Shown here in pieces: positions 59,752 through 64,000 of a stretch of DNA of 64,000 bases (its first letter is position 1; each line of letters opens with the position of its first letter). Below the pieces are notes generated by a model. That model was given only the letters and a program-made list of their open reading frames with translations. It made no database searches and was not told where the DNA came from. A program made the position numbers and the translations under genes. The DNA comes from a virus: the IMG/VR virus record IMGVR_UViG_3300045988_112234, positions 51,374 through 115,373 of that record. The stretch is one strand, 5' to 3'.

Positions 59752-59909
59752 TGACTAACAAAGAATTAAAAGGCTTAAAGTCTAAAATGAACAAAGTACT
59801 TAATGAAGTACAGTAGATTATTGATACTATAGGAGATAATGATTTACAAGATAATCAATTAACTCTTGATTTTTGCGATAAGTTAAATGAATTATCTGTT
59901 ACTTATTAA
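59751..59909 (+). CDS. small ORF (52 codons) with one in-frame TAG at 59814; ATG overlaps the TAA of the upstream ORF
   Basis: MTNKELKGLKSKMNKVLNEVQ*IIDTIGDNDLQDNQLTLDFCDKLNELSVTY, TAA stop. Confidence 0.4.
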
Positions 59910-59951
59910 TAAATATTTGGGGATGGATATTTATTAATTTTAAAAAAAAAT

Positions 59952-59985
59952 AGCCGAGGCTTCTCATTTGAGAAACTTCGGCTAT
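59952..59985. terminator. bidirectional terminator: 15-17-bp stem agccgaggcttctca/tgagaaacttcggct flanked by an A9 run and a T-rich stretch
   Basis: between the end of the plus cassette and the convergent minus-strand late gene ending at about 60103. Confidence 0.6.
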
Positions 59986-60102
59986 TGTGGTATTATTGCT
60001 TTATATACAAAAAATTTCCTCCACCAGCATCATATTCTAATAAATCATCTCTGGTAAATATTTTATCAAAGGTTCTTAATCCTGAATGATATCTAGAGTA
60101 TT

Positions 60103-60660
60103 TTTAACATTGTTTCTAGATTTCATAGCCTCTATCTCATCTCTAATATTATCTATACTTCCAGAAACTAAACGAACTTCTTTACCAGCCTATATAATTA
60201 TTCTTCCTCCAGCTATAGAACCATATTCATCAGTTATATTATTATTAGCTAAGAAATTTAATCTGTTATTTACAGTATAGCATGGACTTTTTTTAGAACC
60301 ATTAGAATTACTTTCCATGAATAATACATTATCTTTAGAATCTGTTTTAAAACCAGTTTTAAATGTTGAAGAAATCATACTTCCATTAGGAATATCTGAA
60401 TATTTACCAAAAACAAATTTACCAATAGAATCTATACCTATATAATTCTAATTATTAGGAGATATACTTTCTTTAGATTTGAAATTAGAAAAAGCAGTAA
60501 TAGGAGCTGCTATACTATTTATAGGAGTATAATTACCTCTATTTCTATAACCAAAAGTATGCTTTGTTAAGGATTCTGGTATACGATATCTTCTAGAGTT
60601 TATTTTAGTAGTATCATTTATAGTTTGGAGATATTTCTATTTCTCTCCTCTTATTTTTAG
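60103..60660 (-). CDS. late (structural-looking, N/S/T/G-rich) protein gene segment with in-frame TAG codons at 60190, 60448 and 60637; TAA stop at about 60103; start not resolved
   Basis: track ORF 60190-60378 ends on TAG and continues 29 more sense codons to a TAA; upstream the frame is open to a TAA at 60661 except for TAGs. Confidence 0.45.
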
Positions 60661-60956
60661 TTACTTTTTTATTAGGAATTTTAATTCTTTTACTAGTATG
60701 CTCAGGTTCTGAATCAAAAAATAACTATAGTTTTCTACTTAATCCATTTCCTACTAAATTAATCAACTATTTACCACTATTGTTTCTTCTTTCTATTTAG
60801 GAGTAGATATTTTTTTAGCAGTGGGCATTTCTTTATATTTTGCCGGGTGGTAGATGTTGGTTTCTACTCCTTTAGCCTAAACCTATGGAAATATTATACT
60901 TTATCAGAATTAATTTTAAAAGGGATCTTATTTGATTACCATACAACTACCCATCT

Positions 60957-61377
60957 TCATACCAGTATTGAATCATTATCAGTATACAGCCATGGTGTTC
61001 TTACTATTACTGGAGTTCCTAATTTATTTAATATTTTTAATCCTAATACAGCTTTACTGTCTAAATCATATGAACTCCATTTCTACTTATATTCATCAGG
61101 ATTAAACTTCCAAATATCTTGTGCTCTATATACTTTCTTACCATTAGATGTTCCTTCCTAAACTAAATGTCCAGCAGTATCTCCAAAGTCTAGATTATTA
61201 TTAGCACCTTTCCAAGGAGTTTTATTAGTTATATTAGAAGCTTTCTATATAGGTTTCTTAGTAAAGAAATCTAAAGTTTCTGTATTTTCATATACAGGAA
61301 TATCTTTATAAGGTTTCTTATATAATTTTAATGTGCTACATTTATCTTTCTTACTCCATAAGAAGGATTTATAGTTT
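60957..61377 (-). CDS. late gene segment ending in TGA at about 60957 with three in-frame TAG codons within about 100 codons; start not resolved
   Basis: ...KPYKDIPVYENTETLDFFTKKPI*KASNITNKTPWKGANNNLDFGDTAGHLV*EGTSNGKKVYRAQDIWKFNPDEYK*KWSSYDLDSKAVLGLKILNKLGTPVIVRTPWLYTDNDSILV-TGA. Confidence 0.35.
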
Positions 61378-64000
61378 TATTATATAAATCATATCATTGC
61401 CTTTAGCTGCTTTCTAAAATCCAGTATATGCTTCAGGAGCATAGGTATTGTAACCTACACCAGTTGATATATAACTCCAGCATGTTTTTTAGGACTTGCC
61501 TTATGCATATTATATACTATGTCTTCTATAGGATTCGCATTATTCTCATAGCTACTTCTACTCCACGTTTTAAAGGAACTTTTACAGCATATCCTATTAC
61601 AGAAGCATTACTAAATAATTACTAGCTTTAGTTGGATTCTTAGATATATCTAAAGCACCTTTAGTATAATCATATACTGCCTAAGCAGCTGGAGCTAAAG
61701 CATAACCTATTCCTGAATTAACTAATGCTTTAATAGGACTAGTATTATTATTCCAACTATCTACTTCTCTAGCATAAGCTCCTTTTATAGGATGGGTTCT
61801 ATTCTTATTACTATAATTATATAATTTAGAATTAGTATGCCCACCCTATTTTATAGTCCTACAAATACATCTTGTACCCCATTTAAAGTTCTAACGGGAA
61901 TAACTCTCTACTAATATTTAGCACCAAGATATGAAGCTAGGATGATTTAATCTATTATAATATTCCATATCTATAGCCATCTATTTATTCCGAGTATTAT
62001 TATTTACTCCTTTATTTTGTTTACTCTCATCTACTATTGGCATATTTATACTTTATTTTTCCATATACTAGTTATACTATCTATACCTAGTAATCCCATA
62101 CAACAATATAAAACTGTATCTATCATATCAGGAGCTTGTATCTAACTAATAGAACAGTATATTAGAATAATTAAACTTACTATCCATCCTAATATTCCAC
62201 ACACTCTTTTACTACTTATTCCAGTATGTGCTGTTATTAATTTAATTAAAAACTATTTCATATTTTTTCACATAGTTTTAATAAAGAATCTAGAGTAATC
62301 TCAGAATATGATATTTCTACTGGGTTTTCCATAGTAATCCTTTTTCAGTTTTAATCATCTGTTTCATATTTTTTTAAATATTTATCCCATAACTATTTAT
62401 CCCTCTCACTTACAAAATCTAAAAATCTTTGTAATTCTTCAATTTTTTCTGTCAAAATATATGTATCCATTATTATTTTTATTAGGTTTTAAATTAAATC
62501 CACTACCTTTAGTTTTAGTAATATACAATGTTGGGAGACTCCATCATAAACTACTTTAGTTCCACCATTATTATAGTCATAATCGGAACCTAGATAGTCC
62601 ATAGTATAATCTAAAGGCTAACCACTATTAGGTTTTATATATTGATCTTTACTTATTATTATCTCTACTCCAAGATTTATCTCCTAAATCTGGATAAGTC
62701 GGATGAGTTTTAGTTTTATAAGTCCCTGAAGCTCCTTCATCAGGAAAATGCCCAGTAGGAATATACCTATTCCAATTATGTGCTAGAATACTATTTAACT
62801 ATAGCCAAGCTACTATAGGTTGGTCATTATAGTATTTTCTATAATCGTAATGGTCTTTATACCCCATGCTTGAGATAACTATTTATTCCAAATATTATAA
62901 TTATTATTATTTATTTCTGGCATGTATATCAATAATATTAGGTATAATCTAAATAGGTAACTATATCTTAGGACTTAATTTAATAACATCATTTGCTATT
63001 ATAGTATTCCATTTAGCTACCTATTCTAAATAAGATCTATTTAATTCCTAAGATGTGAAGTATGAACCTTGACTTGGTCGAACTCCTTTTTTAGCTAATT
63101 TTTTAGTAGTTTCTTTTTTCTACTAATTTAATACTACGTCGACTTGTCTCTTCCGCATAGCATTAACTCTTGGAGATTAGGGTAATAATCAGGTAGATCT
63201 AAGAAGTTTAGAACCTCCTTTAGTTAAAGTTGTTGCAAATTTAGCTCCTAATATATCTGCCCCAGTTTCTAAAGTATTCCATACAGCGCTTCCAAAATTA
63301 CTTGGGGATTCTTTAAAAATCTTGTACCATCCTCTACCAGCTATAGCTAAAGAAGGCAACTAACCTACTCCAGCAATAATTCCTCCTATAGGAGCACCTA
63401 CAGCGGTAGTACTTATACCTGCACCTAGTCCTAAACTACCTAAAGATATAGCTGCCGCAGTAGGTTCTCATTTATCTGCTTGACGATCTAATTCTTCAAA
63501 AATTTCAGGCATTTCTAAATTTATTTATATATTTTGCAACACTAATACCATTGGCATCAGACCCTCCTGCAATACCATGTTTATAATAATTTTTAGTCCA
63601 TGTTGGACTTAACCATGATGCTGCTATAGCTTCTCCAGTAACTGCTATACCATTATTTCTTAAAAATCTTGCATTAGCATCATATAATTGTGATGCGGCT
63701 AATACTTGTGCATCAGGACTATTTTTAAACTGTTCTCTAGATAAATTAGAATATTTATTTCTAGTACCATCTATAAGCTAGAACCATCCAGTAGCAGAAC
63801 TATTTTTAGATTGAGCTTTAGAATTAAATCCTGATTCTAGAGAAGCTATCTTCATTAAAGTAATTTTCTTGTTTCCAGTGATACCATATTTATCTAAAGT
63901 CTATTCTAGTACCTATTTATTTTTACTAGGCTTGTTTCCAGTGATTAAAGTCTATTCTAGTACCTATTTATTTTTACTAGGCTTGTTTCCAGTGATACCA
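61378..64000 (-). other. remainder of the minus-strand late-gene block; the standard-code ORF track is fragmentary here, consistent with TAG-recoded coding sequence (gene boundaries unresolved)
   Basis: high density of plus-strand cta triplets; the only track ORFs are short antisense ones. Confidence 0.4.
63868..64000. repeat. tandem direct repeat of about 51 bp (about 2.5 copies; unit aaagtctattctagtacctatttatttttactaggcttgtttccagtgat) running into the window edge
   Basis: 63896-63945 and 63947-63996 are identical; cttgtttccagtgatacca recurs at 63868 and 63982. Confidence 0.6.

Noticed and set aside
60086-61625. Plus-strand track ORFs 60086-60280, 60847-61161, 61428-61625 in the late region
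   Set aside because: They are antisense to minus-strand coding sequence that is continuous once TAG is read as sense. Composition is junk-like.
1-64000. CRISPR array, integrase/att sites, transposase/IS elements
   Set aside because: No spacer-repeat arrays, no tyrosine or serine recombinase motifs, and no terminal inverted repeats were seen. The tRNA clusters are phage-encoded, not integration targets flanked by host DNA.

Overview
AT-rich (about 30% GC) lytic-phage-like window, most plausibly a Bacteroidota-infecting (crAss-like or similar large) podo/sipho-type phage (inference). Nearly every gene is on the minus strand and packed almost end to end.

From 1 to about 27 kb there is a DNA-metabolism and replication module: an NrdD-like anaerobic RNR, a split metallophosphoesterase, a HAD nucleotidase, a TOPRIM primase, a DnaB-like helicase, a P-loop ATPase, an SF2 helicase, and RNase H. 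It is followed by an NAD+ salvage/reconstitution trio (PRPP-synthetase-like, macro domain, NadV-like) that resembles the described phage NARP1 counter-defence pathway.

Three homing-endonuclease genes are present: two paralogous LAGLIDADG genes and one HNH/NUMOD gene. One LAGLIDADG gene sits in a roughly 1.24-kb insertion that cuts an SF2 helicase gene exactly inside its Walker A motif (candidate group I intron).

Two clusters of minus-strand tRNA genes (29.6-30.9 kb and 47.5-53.6 kb) include several degenerate or atypical tRNA-like elements.

The most striking observation is a stop-codon-recoding system. A plus-strand tRNA with anticodon CUA (amber suppressor) lies at about 59.32-59.39 kb inside a small plus-strand gene cassette. 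The minus-strand late-gene block downstream of it (60.1 to beyond 64 kb) carries multiple in-frame TAG codons, while TAA and TGA still terminate. In the otherwise standard-code early region, a complete 331-codon LAGLIDADG endonuclease gene (6234-7229) carries four in-frame TAG codons, so it would be expressed only once the suppressor is active.

Other features: a membrane flotillin-like SPFH protein, many small paralogous ORF families, and several rho-independent terminator hairpins. Two are repeated: one hairpin recurs next to two tRNAs, and a tandem repeat sits at the window end.

All coordinates from hand parsing are approximate (plus or minus 1-3 nt).
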